From Eledone cirrhosa (taxonomy: Eukaryota), in contig OZ024760.1 in NCBI GenBank assembly GCA_964016885.1, forward strand, positions 30,752,001 through 30,816,000: a stretch of DNA of 64,000 bases, written 5' to 3'. Shown here piece after piece: positions 50,901-64,000 of the stretch; positions within the stretch are counted from its first letter, which is position 1, and every line of letters starts with the position of its first letter. Under the pieces are notes generated by a model that was not told the origin of the DNA, searched no databases, and was given only the letters and a program-made list of their open reading frames with translations. The translations under genes were made by a program, and so were the position numbers.

Positions 50901-53900
50901 AACGTAATGTAATGTAATGTAATGTGTAATGTAATGTAATGTCTAATGTAATGTAATGTAATGTAATGTAATGCGTAATATAATGTAATGTAATGTAATG
51001 TGTAATGTAATGTGTAATGTAATGTAATGTAATGTAAAGTAATGTAATGTAATGTAATGTGTAATGTAATGAGTAATGTAATGTAATGTAACGTAATGTA
51101 ATGTAATGTAATGTAATGTAATGTAATGTAATGTAATGTGTAACGTAATGTGTAATGTAATGTAATGTAATGTAATGTAATGTGTAATGTAATGTGTAAT
51201 GTAATGTAATGTAACGTAATGTAATGGAAAGTGTAACGTAATGTAATGTAATGTAATGCAATGTAATGTAATGTAATGTAATGTGTAATGTAATGTAATG
51301 TATAATGTAATATAACGTAATGTAATGAAATGTAATGTAACGTAATGTAATGTAACGTGTAACGTAATGTAATGTAATGTAATGTAATGTAATGTAATGT
51401 AATGTGTAATGTGTAATGTGTAATGTAATCTAATGTAATGTAATATAATGTAATGTAATGTGTAATGTAATGTAATGTAACGTAATGTAATGTAATGTAC
51501 TGTGTAATGTCATGTAATGTAATATTATGTGTAATGTAATGTAATGTAATGTAATGTAATGTAATGTAACGTGTAATGTAACGTAATGTAATGTAATGTA
51601 ATGTAATGTGTAATGTAATGTAATGTAATGTAATGTAATGTCTAATGTAATGTAATGTATTGTAATGTAATGTGTAATGTAATGTAATGTAATGTAATGT
51701 AATGTAATATAATGTGTAATGTAATGTAATGTAATGTAATGTAAAGTGTAACGTAATGTAATGTAATGTAATGTAATGTAATGTAATGTGTAATGTAATG
51801 TAATGTAAAGTAATGTGTAATGTAATGTAATGTAATGTAATGTAATGTAATATAAAGTAATGTAATGTGTAATGTAATGTAATGTAATGTAATGTAATGT
51901 AATGTGTAATGTAATGTAATGTAATGTAATGTGTAATGTAATGTAATGTAATGTAATGTAATGTAATGTAATGTAATGTAATGTGTAATGTCATGTAATG
52001 TAATGTAAAGTGTAATGTAATGTAATGTAATGTAATGTGTAATGTAAGGTAATGTAATGTAATGTAATGTAACGTAATGTGTAATGTAATGTAATGTAAT
52101 GTAATGTAACGTGTAATTTAATGTAATGTAATGTAATGTAATGTGTAATGTAATGTAATGTAATGTAATGTAATGTGTAATGTGTAATGTAATGTAATGT
52201 AATGTAATGTGTAATGTAATGTAATGTAATGTAATGTAATGTGTAATGTAAGGTAACATAATGTAATGTAATGTAATGTAATGTAATGTAATGTAATGTA
52301 ATGTAATGTAATGTAATGTAATGTAATGTGTAATGTAACGTAAGGTAATGTGTAATGTAATGTAATGTAATGTGTAATGTAATATAATGTAATGTAATGT
52401 AATGTAATGCAATGTAATGTAATGTAATGTGTAATGTAATGTAACATAATGTGTAATGTAATGTAACGTAATGTGTAATGTAATGTAATGTAATGTAATG
52501 TATAATGTAATGTAATGTAATGTAATGTGTAATGTAATGTAATGCAATGTAATGTAATGTAACGTAATGTAATGTAATGTAATGTAATGTGTAAGGTGTA
52601 ATGTAATGTAATGTAATATAATGTAATGTGTAATGTAATGTAACGTAATGTGTAATGTAATGTAATGTAATGTGTAATGTAATGTAATATAATATAATAT
52701 AATATAATATAATATAACATCACATAATATGTAATGAAATGTAATGTAATGTAATATAATGTAATGTAATGTAATGTAATGTAATGTAATGTAATGTAAT
52801 GTAATGTAATGTAATGTAATGTAATGTAATGTGTAATGTAATGTAATGTAATGTAATGTAATGTAATGTAATGTGTAATGTAAGGTAACATAATGTAATG
52901 TAATGTAATGTGTAATGTAATGTTATGTAATGTGTAATGTAATGTAATATAATATAATATAATATAATATAACATCACATAATATGTAATGTAATGTAAT
53001 GAAATGTAATATAATGTAATTTAATGTAATGTAATGTAATGTAATGTAATGTGTAATGTAATGTAATGTAATGTAATGTAATGTGTAATGTAATGTAATG
53101 TAATGTGTAATGTAATGTAATATAATATAATATAATATAATATAATATAACATCACATAATATGTAATGAAATATAATGTAATTTAATATAATGTAATGT
53201 AATGTAATGTAATGTAATGTAATGTAATGTAATGTAATGTAATGTAATGTAATGTAATGTAATGTAATGTAATGTAATGTAATGTAATGTAATGTAATGT
53301 AATGTAATGTGTAATGTAAGGTAACATAATGTAATGTAATGTAATGTAATGTGTAATGTAATGTAATGTAATGTAATGTAATGTGTAATTTAATGTAATG
53401 TAATGTAATGTAACGTAATGTGTAATGTAATATAATGTAATGTAATGTAATGTGTAATGTAATGTAATATAATATAATATAATATAATATAATATAATAT
53501 AACATCAGATAATATGTAATGTAATGTAATGTAATGTAATATAATGTAATTTAATGTAATGTAATGTAATGTAATGTAATGTGTAATGTAATGTAATGTA
53601 ATGTAATCTAATGTGTAATGTAATGTGTAATGTAATGTAATGTAATGCAATGTAATGTAATGTAATGTGTAATGTAATGTAATGTAATGTAATGTAATGT
53701 AAAGTAATGTGTAATGTAATGTAATGTAACCTAATGTAATGTAATGTAATGTAATGTGTAATGTAATGTAATGTATTGTGTAATGTAATGTAATGTAATG
53801 TGTAATGTAATGTAATGTGTAATGTCATGTAATGTAATGTCTAATGTAATGTAATGTAATGTAATGTGTAATGTAAGGTAATGTAATGTAATGCAATGTA

Positions 53901-56900
53901 ATGTAATGTGTAATGTAATGTAATGTAATGTAATCTAATGTAATGTAATGTATTGTAATGTAACGTGTAATGTAATGTAATGTAATGTAATGTAATGTAG
54001 TGTAATGTAATGTAATGTGTAATGTAATGTAATGTAATGTAATGTAATGTAATGTAATGTAATGTAATGTAATGTATTGTGTAATGTCATGTAATGTAAT
54101 GTAATGTGTAATGTAATGTAATGTAATGTAATGTAATGTGTAATGTAAGGTAACGTAATGTAATGTAATGTAATGTAATGTAATGTAATGTAATGTAATG
54201 TAATGTAATGTAATGTATGGTAATGTAATGTAATGTAATGTAATGTGTAATGTAATGTAATATAATATAATATAATATAATATAATATAACATCACATAA
54301 TATGTAATGTAAGGTAATGTAATGTAATATAATGTAATTTAATGTAACGTAATGTAATGTAATGTAATGTAATGTGTAATGTAATGTAATGTAATGTAAT
54401 CTAATGTGTAATGTAATGTGTAATGTAATGTAATGTCATGCAATGTAATGTAATGTAATGTGTAATGTAATGTAATGTAATGTAATGTAATGTAAAGTAA
54501 TGTGTAATGTAATGTAATGTAATGTAACCTAATGTAATGTAATGTAATGTGTAATGTAATGTAATGTAGTGTGTAATGTAATGTAATGTAATGTGTAATG
54601 TAATGTAATGTAATGTGTAATGTAATGTAATGTAATGTAATGTAATGTGTAATGTAATGTAATGTAATGTAATGTGTAATGTAAGGTAATGTAATGTAAT
54701 GCAATGTAATGTAATGTGTAATGTAATGTAATGTAATGTAATCTAATGTAATGTAATGTATTGTAATGTAACGTGTAATGTAATGTAATGTAATGTAATG
54801 TAATGTAATGTAATGTAATGTAATGTGTAATGTAATGTAATGTAATGTAATGTAATGTAATGTAATGTTATGTAATGTAATGTAATGTGTAATGTAATGT
54901 AATGTAATGTAATGTGTAATGTAATGTAATGTAATGTAATGTAATGTAATGTAATGTAATGTGTAATGTCATGTAATGTAATGTAACGTGTAATGTAATG
55001 TAATGTAATGTAATGTAATGTAATGTGTAATGTAAGGTAACGTAATGTAATGTAATGTAATATAATGTAATGTAATGTGTAATGTAATGTAATGTAACGT
55101 AATGTAATATAATGTACTGTGTAATGTCATGTAATGTAATATTATGTGTAATGTAATGTAATGTAATGTAATGTAATGTAACGTGTAATGTAACGTAATG
55201 TAATGTAATGTAATGTAATGTGTAATGTAATGTAATGTAATGTAATGTAATGTCTAATGTAATGTAATGTATTGTAATGTAATGTGTAATGTAATGTAAT
55301 GTAATGTAATGTAATGTAATGTAATATAATGTGTAATGTAATGTAATGTAATGTAATGTAATGTAAAGTGTAACGTAATGTAATGTAATGTAATGTAATG
55401 TAATGTAATGTGTAATGTAATGTAATGTAAAGTAATGTGTAATGTAATGTAATGTAATGTAATGTAATATAAAGTAATGTAATGTGTAATGTAATGTAAT
55501 GTAATGTAATGTAATGTAATGTAATGTGTAATGTAATGTAATGTAATGTAATGTGTAATGTAATGTAATGTAATGTAATGTAATGTAATGTAATGTAATG
55601 TGTAATGTCAGGTAATGTAATGTAAAGTGTAATGTAATGTAATGTAATGTAATGTGTAATGTAAGGTAATGTAATGTAATGTAATGTAACGTAATGTGTA
55701 ATGTAATGTAATGTAATGTAATGTAACGTGTAATTTAATGTAATGTAATGTAATGTAATGTAATGTGTAATGTAATGTAATGTAATGTAATGTAATGTGT
55801 AATGTGTAATGTAATGTAATGTAATGTAATGTAATGTAATGTAATGTAATGTAATGTAATGTAATGTGTAATGTGTAATGTAATGTATGGTAATGTAATG
55901 TAATGTAATGTAATGTGTAATGTAATGTAATGTAATGTAATGTAATGTATGGTAATGTAATGTAATGTAATGTGTAATGTAACGTAATGTAATGTAATGT
56001 AATGTAATGTAATGTAATGTCTAATGTAATGTAATGTATTGTAATGTAATGTGTAATGTAATGTAATGTAATGTAATGTAATATGTAATGTAATGTGTAA
56101 TGTAATGTAATGTAATGTAATGTAATGTAATGTAATGTGTAATATAATGTGTAATGTAATGTAATGTAACGTAATGTAATGTAATGTGTAATGTAATGTA
56201 ATTTAATGTAATCTAATGTGTAATGTAATGTAATGTGTAATGTAATGTAATGTAATGTAATGTAATGTGTAATGAAATGTAATGTAATGTAATGTAATGT
56301 AATGTAATGTGTAATGTAATGTAATGTAATGTAATGTATAATGTAATGTAATGTAATGTAATGTAATGTAATGTAATGTGTAATGTAATGTAATGTAATG
56401 TAATGTAATGTAATGTAATGTAATGTATAATGTAAGGTAACCTAATGTAATGTAACGTAATGTAACGTGTAATGTAATGTAATGTAATGTAATGTAACGT
56501 GTAATGTAATGTAATGTAATGTAATGTAATGTAATGTGTAATGTAATGTAATGTAATGTAATGTAATGTAATGTAATGTAATGTAATGTAATGTAATGTA
56601 ATGTGTAATGTAATGTAACGTAATGTGTAATGTAATGTAATGTAATGTGTAATGTAATATAATGTAATGTAATGTAATGTAATGCAATGTAATGTAATGA
56701 AATGTGTAATGTAATGTAACATAATGTGTAATGTAATGTAACGTAATGTGTAATGTAATGTAATGTAATGTATAATGTAATATAATGTAATGTAATGTAA
56801 TGTAATGTGTAATGTAATGTAATGTAATGTAATGTAATGTAACGTAATGTAATGTAATGTAATGTAATGTGTAATGTAATGTAATGTATTGTGTAATGTA

Positions 56901-59900
56901 ATGTAATGTAATGTGTAATGTAATGTAATGTGTAATGTCATGTAATGTAATGTGTAATGTAATGTAATGTAATGTAATGTGTAATGTAAGGTAATGTAAT
57001 GTAATGCAATCTAATGTAATGTGTAATGTAATGTAATGTAATGTAATCTAATGTAATGTAATGTATTGTAATGTAACGTGTAATGTAATGTAATGTAATG
57101 TAATGTAATGTAATGTAATGTAATGTAATGTAATGTAATGTAGTGTAATGTAATGTAATGTGTAATGTAATGTAATGTAATGTAATGTAATGTAATGTAA
57201 TGTTACGTAATGTAATGTAATGTGTAATGTAATGTAATGTGTAATGTAATGTAATGTAATGTAATGTAATGTGTAATGTCATGTAATGTAACGTAATGTG
57301 TAATGTAATGTAATGTAATGTAATGTAATGTGTAATGTAAGGTAACGTAATGTAATGTAATGTAATGTAATGTAATGTAATGTAATGTAATGTAATGTAA
57401 TGTAATGTAATGTAATGTAATGTAATGTATGGTAATGTAATGTAATGTAATGTAATGTGTAATGTAATGTAATATAATATAATATAATATAATATAATAT
57501 AACATCACATAATATGTAATGTAATGTAATGTAATGTAATATAATGTAATTTAATGTAACGTAATGTAATGTAATGTAATGTAATGTAATGTGTAATGTA
57601 ATGTAATGTAATGTAATGTAATGTAATCTAATGTGTAATGTAATGTGTAATGTAATGTAATGTAATGCAATGTAATGTAATGTAATGTGTAATGTAATGT
57701 AATGTAATATAATGTAAAGTAATGTGTAATGTAATGCAATGTAATGTAACCTAATGTAATGTAATGTAATGTAATGTGTAATGTAATGTAATGTAGTGTG
57801 TAATGTAATGTAATGTAATGTGTAATGTAATGTAATGTAATGTGTAATGTAATGTAATGTAATGTAATGTGTAATGTAATGTAATGTAATGTAATGTGTA
57901 ATGTAAGGTAATGTAATGTAATGCAATGTAATGTAATGTGTAATGTAATGTAATGTAATGTAATCTAATGTAATGTAATGTATTGTAATGTAACGTGTAA
58001 TGTAATGTAAAGTAATGTAATGTAATGTAATGTAATGTAATGTGTAATGTAATGTAATGTAATGTAATGTAATGTAATGTAATGTAATGTAATGTAATGT
58101 AATGTAATGTAATGTAATGTGTAATGTAACGTAAGGTAATGTGTAATGTAATGTAATGTAATGTGTAATGTAATATAATGTAATGTAATGTAATGTAATG
58201 CAATGTAATGTAATGTAATGTGTAATGTAATGTAACATAATGTGTAATGTAATGTAACGTAATGTGTAATGTAATGTAATGTAATGTAATGTATAATGTA
58301 ATGTAATGTAATGTAATGTGTAATGTAATGTAATGTAATGTAATGTAATGTAACGTAATGTAATGTAATGTAATGTAATGTGTAAGGTGTAATGTAATGT
58401 AATGTAATATAATGTAATGTGTAATGTAATGTAACGTAATGTGTAATGTAATGTAATGTAATGTGTAATGTAATGTAATATAATATAATATAATATAATA
58501 TAATATAACATCACATAATATGTAATGAAATGTAATGTAATGTAATATAATGTAATGTAATGTAATGTAATGTAATGTAATGTAATGTAATGTAATGTAA
58601 TGTAATGTAATGTAATGTGTAATGTAATGTAATGTAATGTAATGTAATGTAATGTAATGTGTAATGTAAGGTAACATAATGTAATGTAATGTAATGTGTA
58701 ATGTAATGTTATGTAATGTGTAATGTAATGTAATATAATATAATATAATATAATATAATATAACATCACATAATATGTAATGTAATGTAATGAAATGTAA
58801 TATAATGTAATTTAATGTAATGTAATGTAATGTAATGTAATGTGTAATGTAATGTAATGTAATGTAATGTAATGTGTAATGTAATGCAATGTAATGTGTA
58901 ATGTAATGTAATATAATATAATATAATATAATATAATATAACATCACATAATATGTAATGAAATATAATGTAATTTAATATAATATAATGTAATGTAATG
59001 TAATGTAATGTAATGTAATGTAATGTAATGTAATGTAATGTAATGTAATGTAATGTAATGTGTAATGTAAGGTAACATAATGTAATGTAATGTGTAATGT
59101 AATGTAATGTAATGTAATGTAATGTGTAATTTAATGTAATGTAATGTAATGTAACGTAATGTGTAATGTAATGTAATGTAATGTAATGTAATGTGTAATG
59201 TAATGTAATATAATATAATATAATATAATATAATATAACATCACATAATATGTAATGTAATGTAATGTAATGTAATATAATGTAACTTAATGTAATGTAA
59301 TGTAATGTAATGTAATGTGTAATGTAATGTAATGTAATGTAATCTAATGTGTAATGTAATGTGTAATGTAATGTAATGTAATGCAATGTAATGTAATGTA
59401 ATGTGTAATGTAATGTAATGTAATGTAATGTAAAGTAATGTGTAATGTAATGTAATGTAACCTAATGTAATGTAATGTAATGTAATGTGTAATGTAATGT
59501 AATGTATTGTGTAATGTAATGTAATGTAATGTGTAATGTAATGTAATGTGTAATGTCATGTAATGTAATGTGTAATGTAATGTAATGTAATGTAATGTGT
59601 AATGTAAGGTAATGTAATGTAATGCAATGTAATGTAATGTGTAATGTAATGTAATGTAATGTAATCTAATGTAATGTAATGTATTGTAATGTAACGTGTA
59701 ATGTAATGTAATGTAATGTAATGTAATGTAGTGTAATGTAATGTAATGTGTAATGTAATGTAATGTAATGTAATGTAATATAATGTAATGTAATGTTACG
59801 TAAGGTAATGTAATGTGTAATGTAATGAAATGTAATGTAATGTGTAATGTAATGTAATGTAATGTAATGTAATGTGTAATGTCATGTAATGTAATGTAAT

Positions 59901-62900
59901 GTGTAATGTAATGTAATGTAATGTAATGTAATGTGTAATGTAAGGTAACGTAATGTAATGTAATGTAATGTAATGTAATGTAATGTAATGTAATGTAATG
60001 TAATGTAATGTAATGTATGGTAATGTAATGTAATGTAATGTAATGTGTAATGTAATGTAATATAATATAATATAATATAATATAATATAACATCACATAA
60101 TATGTAATGTAATGTAATGTAATATAATGTAATTTAATGTAACGTAATGTAATGTAATGTAATGTAATGTGTAATGTAATGTAATGTAATGTAATCTAAT
60201 GTGTAATGTAATGTGTAATGTAATGTAATGTAATGCAATGTAATGTAATGTAATGTGTAATGTAATGTAATGTAATGTAATGTAATGTAAAGTAATGTGT
60301 AATGTAATGTAATGTAATGTAACCTAATGTAATGTAATGTAATGTGTAATGTAATGTAATGTAGTGTGTAATGTAATGTAATGTAATGTGTAATGTAATG
60401 TAATGTAATGTGTAATGTAATGTAATGTAATGTAATGTAATGTGTAATGTAATGTAATGTAATGTAATGTGTAATGTAAGGTAATGTAATGTAATGCAAT
60501 GTAATGTAATGTGTAATGTAATGTAATGTAATGTAATCTAATGTAATGTAATGCATTGTAATGTAATGTGTAATGTAATGTAATGTAATGTAATGTAATG
60601 TAATGTAATGTAATGTAATGTGTAATGTAATGTAATGTAATGTAATGTAATGTAATGTAATGTAATGTTATGTAATGTAATGTAATGTGTAATGTAATGT
60701 AATGTAATGTAATGTGTAATGTAATGTAATGTAATGTAATGTAATGTAATGTAATGTAATGTGTAATGTCATGTAATGTAATGTAACGTGTAATGTAATG
60801 TAATGTAATGTAATGTAATGTAATGTGTAATGTAAGGTAACGTAATGTAATGTAATGTAACGTAATGTAATGTAATGTAATATAATGTAATGTAATGTGT
60901 AATGTAATGTAATGTAACGTAATGTAATATAATGTACTGTGTAATGTCATGTAATGTAATATTATGTGTAATGTAATGTAATGTAATGTAATGTAATGTA
61001 ATGTAACGTGTAATGTAACGTAATGTAATGTAATGTAATGTAATGTGTAATGTAATGTAATGTAATATAAAGTAATGTAATGTGTAATGTAATGTAATGT
61101 AATGTAATGTAATGTAATGTAATGTAATGTAATGTGTAATGTAATGTAATGTAATGTAATGTGTAATGTAATGTAATGTAATGTTATGTAATGTAATGTG
61201 TAATGTCATGTAATGTAATGTAAAGTGTAATGTAATGTAATGTAATGTAATGTGTAATGTAAGGTAATGTAATGTAATGTAATGTAACGTAATGTGTAAT
61301 GTAATGTAATGTAATGTAATGTAACGTGTAATTTAATGTAATGTAATGTAATGTAATGTAATGTGTAATGTAATGTAATGTAATGTAATGTAACGTGTAA
61401 TGTGTAATGTAATGTAATGTAATGTAATGTAATGTAATGTAATGTGTAATGTAATGTAATGTAATGTAATGTAATGTAATGTGTAATGTGTAATGTAATG
61501 TATGGTAATGTAATGTAATGTAATGTGTAATATAATGTAATGTAATGTAATGTAATGTAATGTAATGTATGGTAATGTAATGTAATGTAATGTGTAATGT
61601 AACGTAATGTAATGTAATGTAATGTAATGTAATGTCTAATGTAATGTAATGTATTGTAATGTAATGTGTAATGTAATGTAATGTAATGTAATGTAATGTG
61701 TAATGTAATGTGTAATGTAATGTAATGTAATGTAATGTAATGTAATGTAATGTAATGTGTAATGTAATGTGTAATGTAATGTAATGTGTAATGTAATGTA
61801 ATTTAATGTAATCTAATGTGTAATGTAATGTAATGTGTAATGTAATGTAATGTATAATGTAATGTAATGTATTGTAATGTAATGTAATTTAATGTAATGT
61901 GTAATGTAATGTAATGTAATGTAATGTGTAATGTAATGTAATGTAATGTAATGTAATGTGTAATGAAATGTAATGTAATGTAATGTAATGTAATGTGTAA
62001 TGTAATGTAATGTAATGTATAATGTAATGTAATGTAATGTAATGTAATGTAATGTGTAATGTAATGTAATGTAATGTAATGTAATGTAATGTAATGTAAT
62101 GTAATGTAATGTAATGTAATGTAATGTAATGTATAATGTAAGGTAACCTAATGTAATGTAACGTAATGTAACGTGTAATGTAATGTAATGTAATGTAATG
62201 TAATGTGTAATGTAATGTAATGTAATGTAATGTAATGTAATGTAATGTAATGTAATGTGTGATGTAATGTAATGTAATGTGTAATGTAATGTAATGTAAT
62301 GTGTAATGTAATATAATGTAATGTAATGTAATGTAATGCAATGTAATGTAATGTAATGTGTAATGTAATGTAACATAATGTGTAATGTAATGTAACGTAA
62401 TGTGTAATGTAATGTAATGTAATGTAATGTATAATGTAATGTAATGTAATTTAATGTGTAATGTAATGTAATGTAATGTAATGTAACGTAATGTAATGTA
62501 ATGTAATGTAATGTGTAAGGTGTAATGTAATGTAATGTAATATAATGTAATGTGTAATGTAATGTAACGTAATGTGTAATGTAATGTAATGTAATGTGTA
62601 ACGTAATGTAATATAATATAATATAATATAATATAATATAATATAATATAACATCACATAATATGTAATGAAATGTAATGTAATGTAATATAATGTAATA
62701 TAATGTAATGTAATGTAATGTAATGTAATGTAATGTGTAATGTAATGTAATGTAATGTAATGTAATGTAATGTGTAATGTAAGGTAACATAATGTAATGT
62801 AATGTAATGTAATGTGTAATGTAATGTAATGTAATGTGTAATGTAATGTAATATAATATAATATAATATAATATAATATAACATCACATAATATGTAATG

Positions 62901-64000
62901 TAATGTAATGAAATGTAATATAATGTAATTTAATGTAATGTAATGTAATGTAATGTAATGTAATGTAATGTAATGTGTAATGTAATGTAATGTAATGTAA
63001 TGTAATGTGTAATGTAATGTAATGTAATGTGTAATGTAATGTAATATAATATAATATAATATAATATAATATAATATAATATAACATCACATAATATGTA
63101 ATGAAATATAATGTAATGTAATATAATGTAATGTAATGTAATGTAATGTAATGTAATGTAATGTAATGTAATGTAATGTAATGTAATGTGTAATGTAAGG
63201 TAACATAATGTAATGTAATGTAATGTAATGTGTAATGTAATGTAATGTAATGTAATGTAATGTGTAATTTAATGCAATGTAATGTAATGTAACGTAATGT
63301 GTAATGTAATGTAATGTAATGTGTAATGTAATGTAATATAATATAATATAATATAATATAATATAACATCACATAATATGTAATGTAATGTAATGTAATG
63401 TAATGTAATGTAATGTAATGTAATGTGTAATGTAAGGTAACATAATGTAATGTAATGTAATGTAATGTGTAATGTAATGTAATGTAAAGTAATGTGTAAT
63501 GTAATGTAATGTAATGTAATGTAATATAAAATAATGTAATGTGTAATGTAATGTAATGTAATGTAATGTAATGTAATGTAATGTAATGTAATGTGTAATG
63601 TAATGTAATGTAATGTAATGTGTAATGTAATGTAATGTAATGTAATGTAATGTGTAATGTCATGTAATGTAATGTAAAGTGTAATGTAATGTAATGTAAT
63701 GTAATGTGTAATGTAAGGTAATGTAATGTAATGTAATGTAACGTGTAATGTAATGTAATGTAATGTAATGTAATGTAATGTAATGTGTAATGTAATGTAA
63801 TGTAATGTAATGTAATGTAATGTAATGTAATGTAATGTAATGTAATGTAATGTAATGTAATGTAATGTAATGTAATGTAATGTGTAATGTAATGTAACGT
63901 AATGTGTAATGTAATGTAATGTAATGTGTAATGTAATATAATGTAATGTAATGTAATGTAATGTAATGCAATGTAATGTAATGTAATGTGTAATGTAATG

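Larger units (their letters stand above)
1..64000. repeat. Degenerate (AATGT)n/(ACATT)n pentamer satellite array spanning the whole window and continuing past both edges
   Basis: Directly visible. No strand switch was seen. Recurrent variant units include AATGTGT, AACGT, AATAT, AAGGT, AAAGT, AATGC, CATGT, AATCT, AATTT, ATGGT and ATTGT. Confidence 0.99.
29700..64000. repeat. Higher-order repeat domain, full unit about 5.8 kb with shortened and internally duplicated versions
   Basis: Clusters of the (AATAT)n-AACATCACATAAT marker start at about 32900, 38760, 43500, 46890, 52715, 58505 and 62650. Internal duplications of about 0.98 kb (35920-37870) and 1.44 kb (47800-50450). Confidence 0.75.

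Noticed and set aside
618-63971. The many minus-strand ORFs encoding (HYITL)n / (YIIL)n
   Set aside because: (ACATT)n has no stop codon in any frame, so long ORFs are automatic. They overlap in all three frames and show no domain or gene structure.
1-64000. Canonical telomere or human satellite II/III
   Set aside because: There are no TTAGGG, TTAGG or GGAAT arrays. Kb-scale HORs indicate recombinational amplification. A terminal location cannot be judged from this window.

Overview
This is non-coding eukaryotic satellite DNA. About 97% of the window is one strand-uniform, degenerate pentamer array, (AATGT)n on + and (ACATT)n on -. It has a frequent AATGTGT heptamer, recurring single-base variant units and nested kb-scale duplications (about 1.0, 1.3, 1.4, 2.3, 2.5, 3.2 and 5.8 kb). 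All supplied ORFs (HYITL/YIIL repeats) are translation artefacts of the repeat. The only complex sequence is nine copies (eight full-length, 185-188 bp; one 5'-truncated) of a tRNA-derived SINE with Pol III A and B boxes. All nine are on the - strand, lie in the left half, and join the satellite in the same register. From memory the element resembles octopus SINEs; this needs a database check. Rare variant units in the flanks reveal 17-21 bp target-site duplications (TSDs), and matching empty sites exist elsewhere in the array. The nine copies reduce to about five independent insertions of an essentially tail-less SINE that appears to home into this satellite. I saw no Pol III terminator downstream of copies 1-8, which suggests a SINE/satellite feedback loop. 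A second unexplained signal is a set of tracts in which the core G of every consecutive unit, including rare variant units, is replaced by A. Coordinates were counted by eye: SINE and TSD positions may be off by a few bases, and duplication boundaries are approximate.
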